A stretch of 64,000 nucleotides of DNA from Deltaproteobacteria bacterium (GCA_016210115.1 JACQUW010000312.1:3-64002), one strand, 5' to 3'; positions 8,874 through 18,585 are shown, counted from the stretch's first letter. Notes: generated from the letters alone by a model not told the origin. A program made the numbers and translations.

Positions 8874-9428
8874 ATGATCGTTCTAAGTCCGGAGGGGAAA
8901 GCGCGAACGACCGCGCGGCGCGTTCCAGCCTTGCCGCGTTTCCCGGATCTTAACGGGAAGACTCTCGGCCTATTGGATAACAGCAAGCCCAACGCGGACA
9001 AGCTGGAGGAGCGTTTCGAGGAGATTCTCAAGCAGACGTTTAATCTTGCCGGCGTTATCCGGCGGCGCAAGATCTCCGCCCAGCAGGGCGCGCCGAAGGC
9101 TTATCTGGACGAGCTCGCTGCTCAGGCCGATTTTGTCATCAGCGGTTTAGGAGATTGAGGGTCGTGCACATCGTGGAGTATCCACGACAGCATAGAATTA
9201 CAAAAGCGCGGAAGATTTGCGGTCACCGTCATTACGCACGCATTCGAAGCTCTGGCCAAGTCGGAGAGAGAAGCTTTTGGCGCTCCGGATCATCCGATAC
9301 TGATCGTGCAACATCCGATCGGCACGGTCAAGTTGGAACAAGTTCGAAAACGCGCAGACGCCGCTTTCGATAAACTCCTGGAACTTTTGGTCGAGCCACA
9401 GCAGCGCAAAGCAGTCGCAGGAAGCTAG
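8874..9428 (+). CDS. UGSC-family selenoprotein (Sec codon TGA 9156-9158), 184 aa
   Basis: SGLGD-TGA-GSCTSWSIHD...QHPIG reads through to TAG 9428; paralogue at 48350 has TGA at the same position; downstream hairpin. Confidence 0.9.
9171..9187 (+). promoter_or_regulatory. putative bacterial SECIS hairpin
   Basis: TCGTGGA-GTA-TCCACGA, perfect 7-bp stem 12 nt after TGA. Confidence 0.75.
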
Positions 9429-9549
9429 TTCTGATTACTGATCGCCGGGAGAACCTTGGGCGAACCTCCGGTCGAAGGCGATAGGCCTTTGGCTTGAGGC
9501 GGCGCTCAGGATGATAACGCACCGCCTGGGCACTTTTTAGAGGACCAAT

Positions 9550-10602
9550 ATGGAACAGCAAGACCTTCAAGCGGAACGGATAGAGATTCAAGACGATCTT
9601 TGGGCAGCGAACGAGTTCTTTCAGGAAAAAGGTTGGACCGATGGGCTGCCCATCATCCCTCCGACTGAGGAACGCGTAGCGCGCATGCTCGAGGCCGTCC
9701 AGCGAGGTTCTCAGGATGTTATTGGCCATGTTCCACCCCGGTGGGCGCCCGCAACGGTCGAGAAAATCGCCATCAACGCGGTGATGGCGGGTTGTTTGCC
9801 TCAGTATATGCCCGTATTGATTGCCGGAGTGGAGGCGATCACCGACCCGAAACTCAATCTTTACTCCCTTCAGGCGACCACAGGCGGTCCGGCGGTCATG
9901 CTGATCGTGAACGGCCCGATTCGTCACCGGCTCAACGTCAACAGCGGGGCCAATGTTTTGGGAGAGGGATGGCGCGCCAATGCGACGATCGGACGGGCCA
10001 TTCGTTTGATTCAGCGAAACATTGGCGGCTCCTATCCCGGCACGACTTGCAAGGCGACGCTCGGTTGGCCGGGCAAGTACACGTTGTGCATCGCGGAGAA
10101 CGAGGAGGCGAGCCCGTGGGAGCCGTTGCATGTTGAACGCGGGTTCGAGGCTGGGACCAGCACGGTTACCGCCATAAGCGCGGACGGCGCGGTCCGGGCA
10201 TCGGATCTCGACAGCACGACGGCTGAAGGCGTTCTGACAAATTTTGCCCAGAGAATGGAGGGCCCCGCGGGACCGGAAGCGATCATGGTTATTTGTCCGG
10301 AGCATGCGAAAATCATCGCCGGCGATGGGCTCAGCAAAAAAGATGTTAAGAGATATGTATGGCAGAGGGCGCACTGGGTTCTCAAGAATCTGCCGGACGA
10401 ATCTTTTCAGCAGAGGGTGAAGCGCCGTCCTGACCTGAAGCTCACGCGCGACAGCGTGCTTCCTATTGTGGACAGGCCTGACGATATCCTGGTCGTTGTT
10501 GCCGGCGGAGACGGCTCTCAATCCCAATACATCCACGTTTGGGGGCAGAGCACGCCGGAAGGAGGATCGACCAGGTCCGCGACGAAACCCATTCAGAGTT
10601 AA
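9550..10602 (+). CDS. UGSC-associated 'TDGLP' family protein 1
   Basis: WTDGLPIIPPT, AINAVMAGC, ANATIGRAIRL, GWPG, PWEPLH; paralogues at 47284 and 49061. Confidence 0.85.
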   Translation: MEQQDLQAERIEIQDDLWAANEFFQEKGWTDGLPIIPPTEERVARMLEAVQRGSQDVIGHVPPRWAPATVEKIAINAVMAGCLPQYMPVLIAGVEAITDPKLNLYSLQATTGGPAVMLIVNGPIRHRLNVNSGANVLGEGWRANATIGRAIRLIQRNIGGSYPGTTCKATLGWPGKYTLCIAENEEASPWEPLHVERGFEAGTSTVTAISADGAVRASDLDSTTAEGVLTNFAQRMEGPAGPEAIMVICPEHAKIIAGDGLSKKDVKRYVWQRAHWVLKNLPDESFQQRVKRRPDLKLTRDSVLPIVDRPDDILVVVAGGDGSQSQYIHVWGQSTPEGGSTRSATKPIQS

Positions 10603-10695
10603 TCATCGCGAAATGAGAACGTGCTCAAAAGTATCTCTGGTGGTGGCGGTATTCGATCGGTGACCCGCCAACTTCCGTTATGTCAAAAGCCCTCC

Positions 10696-10794
10696 GGGCG
10701 CAAGAGCTCGGCCCCCTGCCGGTGGCTGGGACCCATAAGTCGAACCGGGCTTCTCGGACGTCCGCGGCCGCTCTCCCTTCGTCCCTCAGCCGGG
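10696..10794 (+). repeat. dispersed intergenic repeat (inverted homologue at 17828-17925)
   Basis: shared exact core TCGGACGTCCGCGGCC plus alignable flanks. Confidence 0.6.
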
Positions 10795-10853
10795 AATCGA
10801 AGGTGAATAAGCCCGCAGTGCCACCTGCCAATTCAACAACAATGGGATGAGAG

Positions 10854-11906
10854 ATGGATCGGAAATTATCACAGCGGATTGGTTTGTTTTTTGTGAACAT
10901 CATCGTAACCGTTCTGCTTGCAGCCGGGTCATCAGATTCCGCTGACTCACGGGAGGAACGAAGAATTGCCCAACTCATTGAGGGTGCAAAGAAAGAAAGC
11001 AGGATGGTCCTCTATTCCACGCAGACACAGTCCCAAAGCATGGAATTATTGAGCACCTTCGAAAAACGCTATCCGTTTATCAAAACCAGTCTTTACCGGG
11101 CCGGCACGGGGCGGTTGCTGCCCAAAATTATCACTGAGCATCAAACCGGGAGGTATGAGGCTGATGTTATCCAAATAGGAGGTTTTGAGGCGCAAGTCTT
11201 TAAGGAAAAGGGTCTGGCGGCTCGGTATATGTCACCCGAAGCCGCTTTCTTTCCGGACGGGTTTAAGGATCCCGATGGGTTCTGGTGTGACGTTTTCGTC
11301 AATGTCGGTGTCATGGCTTATAACAAAAAGTTGGTGTCAAGACAGGACGCTCCCAAGTCCTACCAGGATTTGTTCGACCCCAAATGGAAAGGAAGGATCT
11401 CGATTGATCAGGAAGACGCGGAATGGTTCGGAAATATGCTGGAGATTTTTGGGAAAGAGAGCGGTTTGAAATTCATGAAAAGACTCGGCGAGCAGGAACT
11501 TATCCCGCGCCGCGGGAGAAGACTCCAAGCGCAGCTGCTCGGGGCAGGTGAGTTCCCCATCGCCATGAATTTATACATTTCCAGCGTGGCCGAATTGGTT
11601 TTACAGGGGGCACCGATTGAGCCAGTGGCCGCTGAGCCTTTGATTGCGAAATTGCATCCTGTGTTCCTGGCGGCACGCGCGCCCCACCCGAACGCCGCAA
11701 AGCTTTACCTGGATTTCGTGCTCTCAGAAGAGGGCCAACGAGTGATTGCAAAAACGGAGATTCCGAGCCGGAAAGGTATTTTTTCCGCGAATCCTATCGT
11801 CAAGAAGATTCAGGCAATGAAATTGAATCCCAGCGACCCGAGATTGGGAAAACATTATGCGGAATATCGGTCACTGTTCGAAGAAATTGTGTTGAGAAAA
11901 AGATAA
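10854..11906 (+). CDS. extracellular solute-binding protein (Fe3+/thiamine/polyamine-type ABC family)
   Basis: signal peptide, DLFDPKWKG, APHPNAAKLYLDFVLSEEGQ. Confidence 0.9.
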   Translation: MDRKLSQRIGLFFVNIIVTVLLAAGSSDSADSREERRIAQLIEGAKKESRMVLYSTQTQSQSMELLSTFEKRYPFIKTSLYRAGTGRLLPKIITEHQTGRYEADVIQIGGFEAQVFKEKGLAARYMSPEAAFFPDGFKDPDGFWCDVFVNVGVMAYNKKLVSRQDAPKSYQDLFDPKWKGRISIDQEDAEWFGNMLEIFGKESGLKFMKRLGEQELIPRRGRRLQAQLLGAGEFPIAMNLYISSVAELVLQGAPIEPVAAEPLIAKLHPVFLAARAPHPNAAKLYLDFVLSEEGQRVIAKTEIPSRKGIFSANPIVKKIQAMKLNPSDPRLGKHYAEYRSLFEEIVLRKR

Positions 11907-11921
11907 AGAAGCAGGAAACCC

Positions 11922-13313
11922 ATGGACATCGCGCACACACTTACAAGTCACGTACTCCAATCGACCTACGGGAGTATACCAGAGGATGTCGCGAGAACGA
12001 CAAAGAGATTTGTTCTCGACACGATCGGCACCATTATGGCCGGCTCTTCAGATCCCTGCTGCAGAGAGATCGTCAAACTCGTTCAGGAATGGGGCGGAAA
12101 AGGGGAGAGCTCTATCCTCGTTTTTGGACAGCGGGTTCCCTCGATACACGCCGCTTACGTTAACAGCATGATGGCCCACGCTTTGGATTTTGATGATACC
12201 TATGGCTACGATCTGAAAACCAACAGAAGGGATGGCGGCCACGCGAATTCAAGCGTCGTTTCGGCGGCTTTGGCGGCCGCCGAGATGAGGGGAGACGTCA
12301 GCGGAAAACAATTTATAACGGCTGTCGCGACAGGCGTGGATCTCATGCTGAGACTGGGGTTTGCGCTAAAAGGGGGAAGAGGCTGGACGCGATCGGCTAT
12401 TTGCGGGGTGTTCGGAGCCGCCGCCGCGGCAGGCTATCTACTAGGCTTAAACGAGCGGGAAATGTTCCATGCCTTTGGTGTCGCTTACAGCCAGGCATCC
12501 GGTAACCAGCAAGCCATTGTGGATAAAGCATTGGTGAAAAGGCTGCAACCGGCTGTTGCGGCTCAAGCCGGCGTATTTTCGGCATTGTTGGCTCAGAGGG
12601 GCGTCACTGGGGCCGAGGACATTCTTCAAGGCAAGTTTGGTTTTTTCAATTTGTACAGCGCCGGTGAGTACGATCTCGACCCGCTCCTGAGGGATTTGGG
12701 AAAAACGTACGAGGGTTTGAACTTGGGAATAAAACCCTATCCGTGCGGCCGGTTGATACATCCGGCGATCGACGGCGCGTTAGAGATCCTGTCCAATCAC
12801 GCGATTGCCGCGGATGAGGTAAAAGAAATTGTTGTTCGCGTTCCCGAGCGATCTTTCTATTTGGTCGGGGCGCCGTTCGAGATCAAAGACGATGTCAACG
12901 TGAGAGTCCAGTTCAGTATCCCCTACGGCGTGTCGGTAGCCGTTATCAGAAGGCGAGTCTCAATGGATGATTTTTTGGATGAAGCAAGAATAAGAGACCC
13001 GCGCATCGAGGAAATGGCCCGAAAGGTCACGGTCGCGATCGATACCGATCCGGAAATTGAGTATTCCGCCAAGCTCCCCGTGACAGTGGAGGTTATGACC
13101 GCCGGTCGAGGCAAGTTTGTCAAGCGGGTGGAGCGCATTCATGGGGACCCTAACGATCCCCTCACCCCGGAAGAGTTCCATAATAAAATCGTTTCTTGCG
13201 CGAGATATGCGATAAGACCTGAAATGTCCGAGCGGGTGGACAAGATTATTGACACCACGGATCGTTTGGAAGACCTGAACAATGTAGGCGCGCTCATTGC
13301 GCTTATAACATAG
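11922..13313 (+). CDS. MmgE/PrpD family protein
   Basis: AHALDFDD, GH...VVSAALAAAE, KPYPCGRLIHPAID. Confidence 0.9.
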   Translation: MDIAHTLTSHVLQSTYGSIPEDVARTTKRFVLDTIGTIMAGSSDPCCREIVKLVQEWGGKGESSILVFGQRVPSIHAAYVNSMMAHALDFDDTYGYDLKTNRRDGGHANSSVVSAALAAAEMRGDVSGKQFITAVATGVDLMLRLGFALKGGRGWTRSAICGVFGAAAAAGYLLGLNEREMFHAFGVAYSQASGNQQAIVDKALVKRLQPAVAAQAGVFSALLAQRGVTGAEDILQGKFGFFNLYSAGEYDLDPLLRDLGKTYEGLNLGIKPYPCGRLIHPAIDGALEILSNHAIAADEVKEIVVRVPERSFYLVGAPFEIKDDVNVRVQFSIPYGVSVAVIRRRVSMDDFLDEARIRDPRIEEMARKVTVAIDTDPEIEYSAKLPVTVEVMTAGRGKFVKRVERIHGDPNDPLTPEEFHNKIVSCARYAIRPEMSERVDKIIDTTDRLEDLNNVGALIALIT

Positions 13314-13347
13314 GTTTTCCACGGTATGTTCAGGAAGGAATTTTGAA

Positions 13348-14346
13348 ATGTTGGAGAAATGGGCCTCCGGAATATTGGCTCTGCTGCTGTTAATCATCGC
13401 CCCGGGCCGATCTTTGGCTCTGGATAAGATGAGAGTGGGCGTGAGCTCGGTGAGCGCGCTGCACGGCGCGCTGTGGGTGGCGAGCGAAAAAGGACTCTTC
13501 AAGAAGCACGGGATCGAAGCCGAAGTGATCGTTATCGGAGGGGCGTCAGCCGGAGGGATGAGCGCCCTGATCGCGGGCGACGTTCAGTTTCTAAGCGGCT
13601 CGGGCGAGGCCGTGATCAATGCCACGCTTAGAGGCGCGGATATCGTGATGGTGGCGTCTTCTTTGAACAAAGGCGTGCAAAGACTCGTGGCCCAACCACT
13701 GCTTAAAAATATCCATGATCTGGCGGGAAAGAGAATCGGCGTCACGCGTTTCGGAACGGCCTCTCATTTGGTGCTGCAAATGATGCTCAGAAGGTCGGGT
13801 ATCGCTCCTGACAAAATCCAGGTGCTCCAGGTGGGTTCATCGCCGGCCATGCTCGCCAGTCTCGACAAAGGAGGGATCGACGCCGCCGTGCTCACGATGC
13901 CGTCCATCTTTGTGGCCGAAGAGAGGGGCTATCGAATTCTGGCCGACCTCGCCGATATGGATATCTATTATCTCAACACGATGATCGACGCGACCAGACG
14001 CTATCTGCGCGGGAATCGCGATCAGTCGACGCGGTTTCTCAAGGGCTTTGTTGAAGGGATCGCCTACTTCAAGATGAACAAAAAAGAGAGCGTGGAGGTG
14101 CTGAGGAAAAAATTGAGAACAGACCCCGGAAGAGAGAAGTATCTCGAACTCTCCTACGATCTTTTGGCGAGCAAATTCTACGATCAGGTCCCTTACCCTT
14201 CCCTGAAGGGTGTGGAAACGGTTTTAGGGTTTCTCGCCAAGGACAATCCAAAAGCCAGAGAAGCCGACCCGAACGCATTTATCGATAACAGCATCATCAA
14301 AGAGCTGGACGAGAGCGGTTTTATCCGCAAGCTCTACGAAAAATAG
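13348..14346 (+). CDS. NitT/TauT (SsuA/THI5-like) ABC substrate-binding protein
   Basis: signal peptide, GKRIGVTRFG, C-terminal IDNSIIKELDESGFI; close paralogue at 26398. Confidence 0.9.
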   Translation: MLEKWASGILALLLLIIAPGRSLALDKMRVGVSSVSALHGALWVASEKGLFKKHGIEAEVIVIGGASAGGMSALIAGDVQFLSGSGEAVINATLRGADIVMVASSLNKGVQRLVAQPLLKNIHDLAGKRIGVTRFGTASHLVLQMMLRRSGIAPDKIQVLQVGSSPAMLASLDKGGIDAAVLTMPSIFVAEERGYRILADLADMDIYYLNTMIDATRRYLRGNRDQSTRFLKGFVEGIAYFKMNKKESVEVLRKKLRTDPGREKYLELSYDLLASKFYDQVPYPSLKGVETVLGFLAKDNPKAREADPNAFIDNSIIKELDESGFIRKLYEK

Positions 14347-14369
14347 GAAGAGAGAAGGAGTTCAGAGCA

Positions 14370-15344
14370 GTGGTCAAGATCGTTGTGTGCGATGATACGG
14401 ACGGCGCCTTTCAGAAATCCGGAGAGCTGGAGCGACTCAAACCGGCCGGCGCGCTCATCGTTTACGGGGATGTCGCGGAAACCAGGGAAGAAGTCGTTGA
14501 ACGGTTAGCGGGGGTAAGCATTGCCGTGGCTATTCGGGATCGAACGGCGCTCGACCGCCAGACCCTCGCTTCTCTTACAGAGCTTAAACTCATTGCTTCG
14601 ACGGGCCCGCACAGGATCGATATCAAAGCTGCGACTGAGTTGGGAATTGTCGTGGCGGGAACTCCAGGAACTTCCACTTCCTCGGTCGGTGAGCATGTCT
14701 TTGGAATGATTCTTTCTCTCGCGCGCCGCATCGCGGTCTCGGATCAAGCCCTGCGCCAGCGGCGCTGGGAATCTTCACCCGGGGTGGAGTTGGAGGGAAA
14801 GATTTTGGGAATACTCGGGCTGGGGCGTACCGGTGGAGCGGTTGCCAGAAGAGCGCCCGCTTTCGGCCTGCAGGTGATTGCCTGGGGACCGAGCCTCACG
14901 GAAGACCGCGCGGCTTCTGTGGGAGCTCGTATGGTCAGTGAGGAGGAGCTATTTCGTACCGCTGATATTCTTTCGGTTCACCTTCGCCGTTCCGAATGGT
15001 CGGTAAATTTCGTGAGCGCCTCTCGGCTCGCTAGGATGAAGCCAAGCGCGTGGCTGATTGATATCTCCTGGTCTGGAATTGTGGACCGTAAAGCTTTGGC
15101 GGCGGCGCTTGGCGAGCAGCGCATTGCCGGCGCGGCATTGGACCTTTGCGATACTTATCCCGTCGACGGCAATGATCCGATACTGGATGCGCCGAATACT
15201 GTTCTGACGCCGCACCTCGCCTGGCAGACGGTCGAGTCGTATCAGCGCTCCGCGCGTATGGCCGTGGATAACATCCTGGCCTACCTCGGCGGAAAGCCGC
15301 TGAATGTGGTTAATCCGGAAGCGCTGAGATCCGGTAATCTTTGA
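14370..15344 (+). CDS. D-2-hydroxyacid dehydrogenase family protein
   Basis: GILGLGRTG, MKPSAWLID, GAALD, LTPHLAW. Confidence 0.9.
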   Translation: MVKIVVCDDTDGAFQKSGELERLKPAGALIVYGDVAETREEVVERLAGVSIAVAIRDRTALDRQTLASLTELKLIASTGPHRIDIKAATELGIVVAGTPGTSTSSVGEHVFGMILSLARRIAVSDQALRQRRWESSPGVELEGKILGILGLGRTGGAVARRAPAFGLQVIAWGPSLTEDRAASVGARMVSEEELFRTADILSVHLRRSEWSVNFVSASRLARMKPSAWLIDISWSGIVDRKALAAALGEQRIAGAALDLCDTYPVDGNDPILDAPNTVLTPHLAWQTVESYQRSARMAVDNILAYLGGKPLNVVNPEALRSGNL

Positions 15345-15445
15345 TCCCGCGCGCTTGACGCTCCTAGCCAAACTGCCTAGTTTGAGGATGGCAGAAAGAA
15401 TCATATTGCCGGTCTATCATCCGGGAGCCGGTCCAAAGACGTGAA

Positions 15446-16138
15446 ATGGAACCGCAAACCAGGCTGATCTTTGAACACCTGCTGACCGCGCTCGGAGCGG
15501 GAGCGCTGATTGGTTTTGAGCGCAGCTATCACGGACGGCCCGCAGGTTTCCGCACGCATGCGCTGGTGTGCGTCGCCTCGAGCGCGCTGATGCTGGTCAC
15601 GTTGTATCAGGAGCGTTGGTTTCCAGCCGCCGTATCCGAGTCTTTGAGCATCGACCCGACGCGCATGGCGCAGGGGATCATGACCGGAATCGGATTTCTT
15701 GGCGCGGGCGTTATTTTTAAAGGAGGGCTTACCGTCCGTGGCCTGACCACGGCAGCTTCCATCTGGATCACGGCGGCGATCGGTATACTGGCCGGCATAG
15801 GTTTCTACTCCGCGCTAATCATCACGACCTTACTGACTGTGGGTACGCTTTCCGCATTCAGATGGTTTGAGGCCAAGATGCCGGTCGAGTTGTATGCCCA
15901 GCTCGAAGTGAGATTCTCCCCGGAGGCGGCGATCCGTGAGCCGGAATTTCGGCGGTTGATCACCGATCACGGCTTCTCCGTCGCCAGAATAAATTATCGC
16001 TACGACGCCGAAGAGCGCTTTTTTCAGTATGGCACGGTGATTCGGACCCGTGATGCCGCCAATGCCGGTCGCCTTTCAGAAGCGCTGCGCAGCACTTCAA
16101 CCGTCCGAGCCTTCGAGTTGTCGCCGATGGGCGGCTGA
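15446..16138 (+). CDS. mgtC: MgtC/SapB family membrane protein
   Basis: GFER...PAGFRTHALV, DPTRMAQGIMTGIGFLGAG, GLTTAASIW. Confidence 0.9.
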   Translation: MEPQTRLIFEHLLTALGAGALIGFERSYHGRPAGFRTHALVCVASSALMLVTLYQERWFPAAVSESLSIDPTRMAQGIMTGIGFLGAGVIFKGGLTVRGLTTAASIWITAAIGILAGIGFYSALIITTLLTVGTLSAFRWFEAKMPVELYAQLEVRFSPEAAIREPEFRRLITDHGFSVARINYRYDAEERFFQYGTVIRTRDAANAGRLSEALRSTSTVRAFELSPMGG

Positions 16139-16254
16139 ACCGCGAATCAAAAGCACGGAAAGAAAGCACGCGCTGCTCAGGCGAGCAGCGCGTGCCTAAG
16201 TGCCGCCAATCGGACCGGCACGCGGGGCAGGCTAAGGTAGCTCGGAAGCTTTCT

Positions 16255-16698
16255 CTACTGGGTATCGCCGCGCGGCCCCTGGCTCGGAGAAGCTCCGCCT
16301 TTGCCGCGAGTGGCGCCTGTTCCCAGGCCAAGCGCCTGTTTGGTTTTGTCATCTAATCTCCCGGTAACAGGAAGGCCTTCTCGCTGCTGAAACACCTTAA
16401 GCGCAGCCTCTGTCTCCGGTCCCATCATTCCATTCGCAGGACCGGGATCGAGTCCTTTGGCCTTCAAGGCCTCTTGAGCTCTTCGAATGTCCTCACGGCC
16501 GGCCTGCTGCTCAGCATCACCCCGGGCTCCCGGCCCCCATGGCTCAGTGCCCTTGTGGTCACCCGGCTCCTTTCCTTGCTGCTGCATTCTGGAACCAGAA
16601 GGCTCGCTGCCTTTTGGCTCAGTCTGCGCCCAGATCAAAGAAGAGCTGAGCAACAATGTTGCGGCGAGACCCGCTAGAAGTACACGAGATTTCATCAT
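16255..16698 (-). CDS. exported peptidoglycan-binding domain protein
   Basis: signal peptide; QEALKAKGLDPGPANGMMGPETEAALKVFQQREGLPVTG. Confidence 0.85.
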   Translation of the reverse strand: MMKSRVLLAGLAATLLLSSSLIWAQTEPKGSEPSGSRMQQQGKEPGDHKGTEPWGPGARGDAEQQAGREDIRRAQEALKAKGLDPGPANGMMGPETEAALKVFQQREGLPVTGRLDDKTKQALGLGTGATRGKGGASPSQGPRGDTQ

Positions 16699-16900
16699 CT
16701 GTCCTCCTTTCTCCTGAAATTCAACGTAAACGGACTCTCCTCACGTCAGTTAATGTTGGATCTCTTCATGCAAAGGTCAATGCGGAACATTCCTTAGACG
16801 TGTTCACGGGCCGGAACTCACAACTTTTGTCATGGCGCGTGAGGATCGCATGCTGGGCGGATATTTGACTTTTTACCCCGGTAGGCCTTAATTCCTTCAC

Positions 16901-17611
16901 ATGATACCCGGGAAACAAACGCCGCCTGTTCCCGACATGGTGCTCATTCCTGAAGGTTCCTTTTTGATGGGAAGCGGGGAGGGGCAGGAAAACGAAAGAC
17001 CCGTTCACCGGGTTTGGGTCGACCGCTTTTGGATCGGAAGATTTCCTGTGACGAACCTGGAGTACGGAACGTTTATCGAGAAAACCGGCTTTCCGGCGCC
17101 GCCCTTCTGGACCGAACCGATGTTTTCCGATCCGGCTAAACCGGTTGTGGGGGTGAGCTGGAACGATGCAGTCGAGTATTGCGACTGGTTAACTCAATGC
17201 ACGAAGCAGAACTTCCGTCTTCCGACTGAAGCGGAGCGGGAGAGAGCGGCGCGGGGAGGCAAAGAAGGCCGACGATACCCGTGGGGAGATGAGCCGCCCT
17301 GGGAGAGACCCTATGCGGGCTATGATGCGACAACCGGCGGGCCGCAGCCGGTCGGCGTCGATGAGCCCAACGATTTCGCTCTCTACGATATGAGCGAAGG
17401 TGTTCATGAGTGGTGCAGCGACTACTATGATTACGCATACTATCGATACTCGCCGGAAAAAAATCCGCAGGGCCCCTCTTCGGGAAAGAGACGCGCTTCT
17501 CGGGGCGGCTCGTGGCGTCACCGGATCAAATTCAGCCGCTGCGCGGCACGAAGCTCGCTGCCTCCGGGTTTCCGATACGCGGATTATGGCTTCCGTTTAG
17601 CCCTGAGTTGA
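16901..17611 (+). CDS. formylglycine-generating enzyme (FGE/SUMF1) family protein
   Basis: FLMGS, PVVGVSWNDA, RLPTEAE, YPWG, RGGSW, YGFR. Confidence 0.9.
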   Translation: MIPGKQTPPVPDMVLIPEGSFLMGSGEGQENERPVHRVWVDRFWIGRFPVTNLEYGTFIEKTGFPAPPFWTEPMFSDPAKPVVGVSWNDAVEYCDWLTQCTKQNFRLPTEAERERAARGGKEGRRYPWGDEPPWERPYAGYDATTGGPQPVGVDEPNDFALYDMSEGVHEWCSDYYDYAYYRYSPEKNPQGPSSGKRRASRGGSWRHRIKFSRCAARSSLPPGFRYADYGFRLALS

Positions 17612-17702
17612 GTCTGTTTCGCCTATTGAATCTATTCGTCTGTCTGGTCTTCGGAATACAAACACGCGGGATTATTCATCATCTGAAATGATCACCCGTG
17701 AC

Positions 17703-17828
17703 GGTGAAAGCCGCTGCCCGCTCTCCGATCCCGCGCAATGGGCCAGTCATTAATCCCACCGCTAGTTACCTGCCTGCCGGCAGGCAGGTCGGATGCGCGG
17801 GCTCTCCGAACGGGCAGCAGCTTTCACC
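17703..17828. repeat. long imperfect inverted repeat enclosing a perfect 22-bp palindrome (17768-17789)
   Basis: GGTGAAAGCCGCTGCCCG...CGGGCAGCAGCTTTCACC; ACCTGCCTGCCGGCAGGCAGGT. Confidence 0.7.
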
Positions 17829-17925
17829 CCGCCGAGGGGCGTAAGGGAGAAGGCCGCGGACGTCCGATAAGCCCGCTTCCACGCATGGCACCTACTCATC
17901 GGCTGCGGCCTGAAACCTTGCGCTC
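17828..17925 (-). repeat. dispersed intergenic repeat (homologue of 10696-10794)
   Basis: GGCCGCGGACGTCCGA core and alignable flanks. Confidence 0.6.
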
Positions 17926-18148
17926 CTCGGCCGCTTCGGCCAAGACCCCGACGTGCTTTCGGAGAAATAAGACGAAGTAAACGTTATCAGCACACAAGTA
18001 CACGCAAGAGAAGCTCGGGTTTGAACTTTCATGGATTATCGCGTAGGTTAACTGTGGTTGTCGTCTCTTGCCAAGATAAAAATTTTCAAGACGCGGCCGA
18101 ATTCGATAGCCTCAGAGGTCTCGTTGGCGTATCCGGAGGAGGTTTCCC

Positions 18149-18517
18149 ATGGACGGACATGAAGTGCTTCACAAAAACGAAGGTATTCTTAGAGGGATCA
18201 TTCGCAGCATAGACAAGAATCTCGACTACACAGTGGTATCCACTGACGATGAAGAGGGAGCCAGATTTTCTCTGAAAATTTCCATGCGAGGGCGAGCCGC
18301 CAATGTTTCGCTTTCGCTGGAGGATCTGAGACTGGCCGCCTCGGATGCCGTGCGGAAGAATTCGATCCGGCAGAAGATCAAAAACACTCGCGACCATATG
18401 ATGGACAACCGTCTTCCAGATGTGCTGGGCATTAAGGTCGAAAGAATGCTGAAAGCGCACCGTGAGAGCCAGGAGGCTGTTCAGCATACTCCCTTTCGTC
18501 GCTCGCCCAGGAGATAA
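18149..18517 (+). CDS. hypothetical protein
   Basis: RBS GGAGGAGG, 122 aa, protein-like composition. Confidence 0.7.
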   Translation: MDGHEVLHKNEGILRGIIRSIDKNLDYTVVSTDDEEGARFSLKISMRGRAANVSLSLEDLRLAASDAVRKNSIRQKIKNTRDHMMDNRLPDVLGIKVERMLKAHRESQEAVQHTPFRRSPRR

Positions 18518-18585
18518 TCTGAAAAAAGCCCTTCATCAGCAGGTAAAAAGGGCAGGCCATCTTTAGGATTCCGGATCCTTCCCCA

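Noticed and set aside
9155-9373. Track ORF downstream of UGSC N-terminal half
   Set aside because: Wrong frame; the real coding frame is the TGA read-through to 9428
9328-10536. Long antisense ORFs (also 7769-8698, 43421-44413, 61083-61970)
   Set aside because: Shadows of well-supported genes in GC-rich DNA; no family motifs
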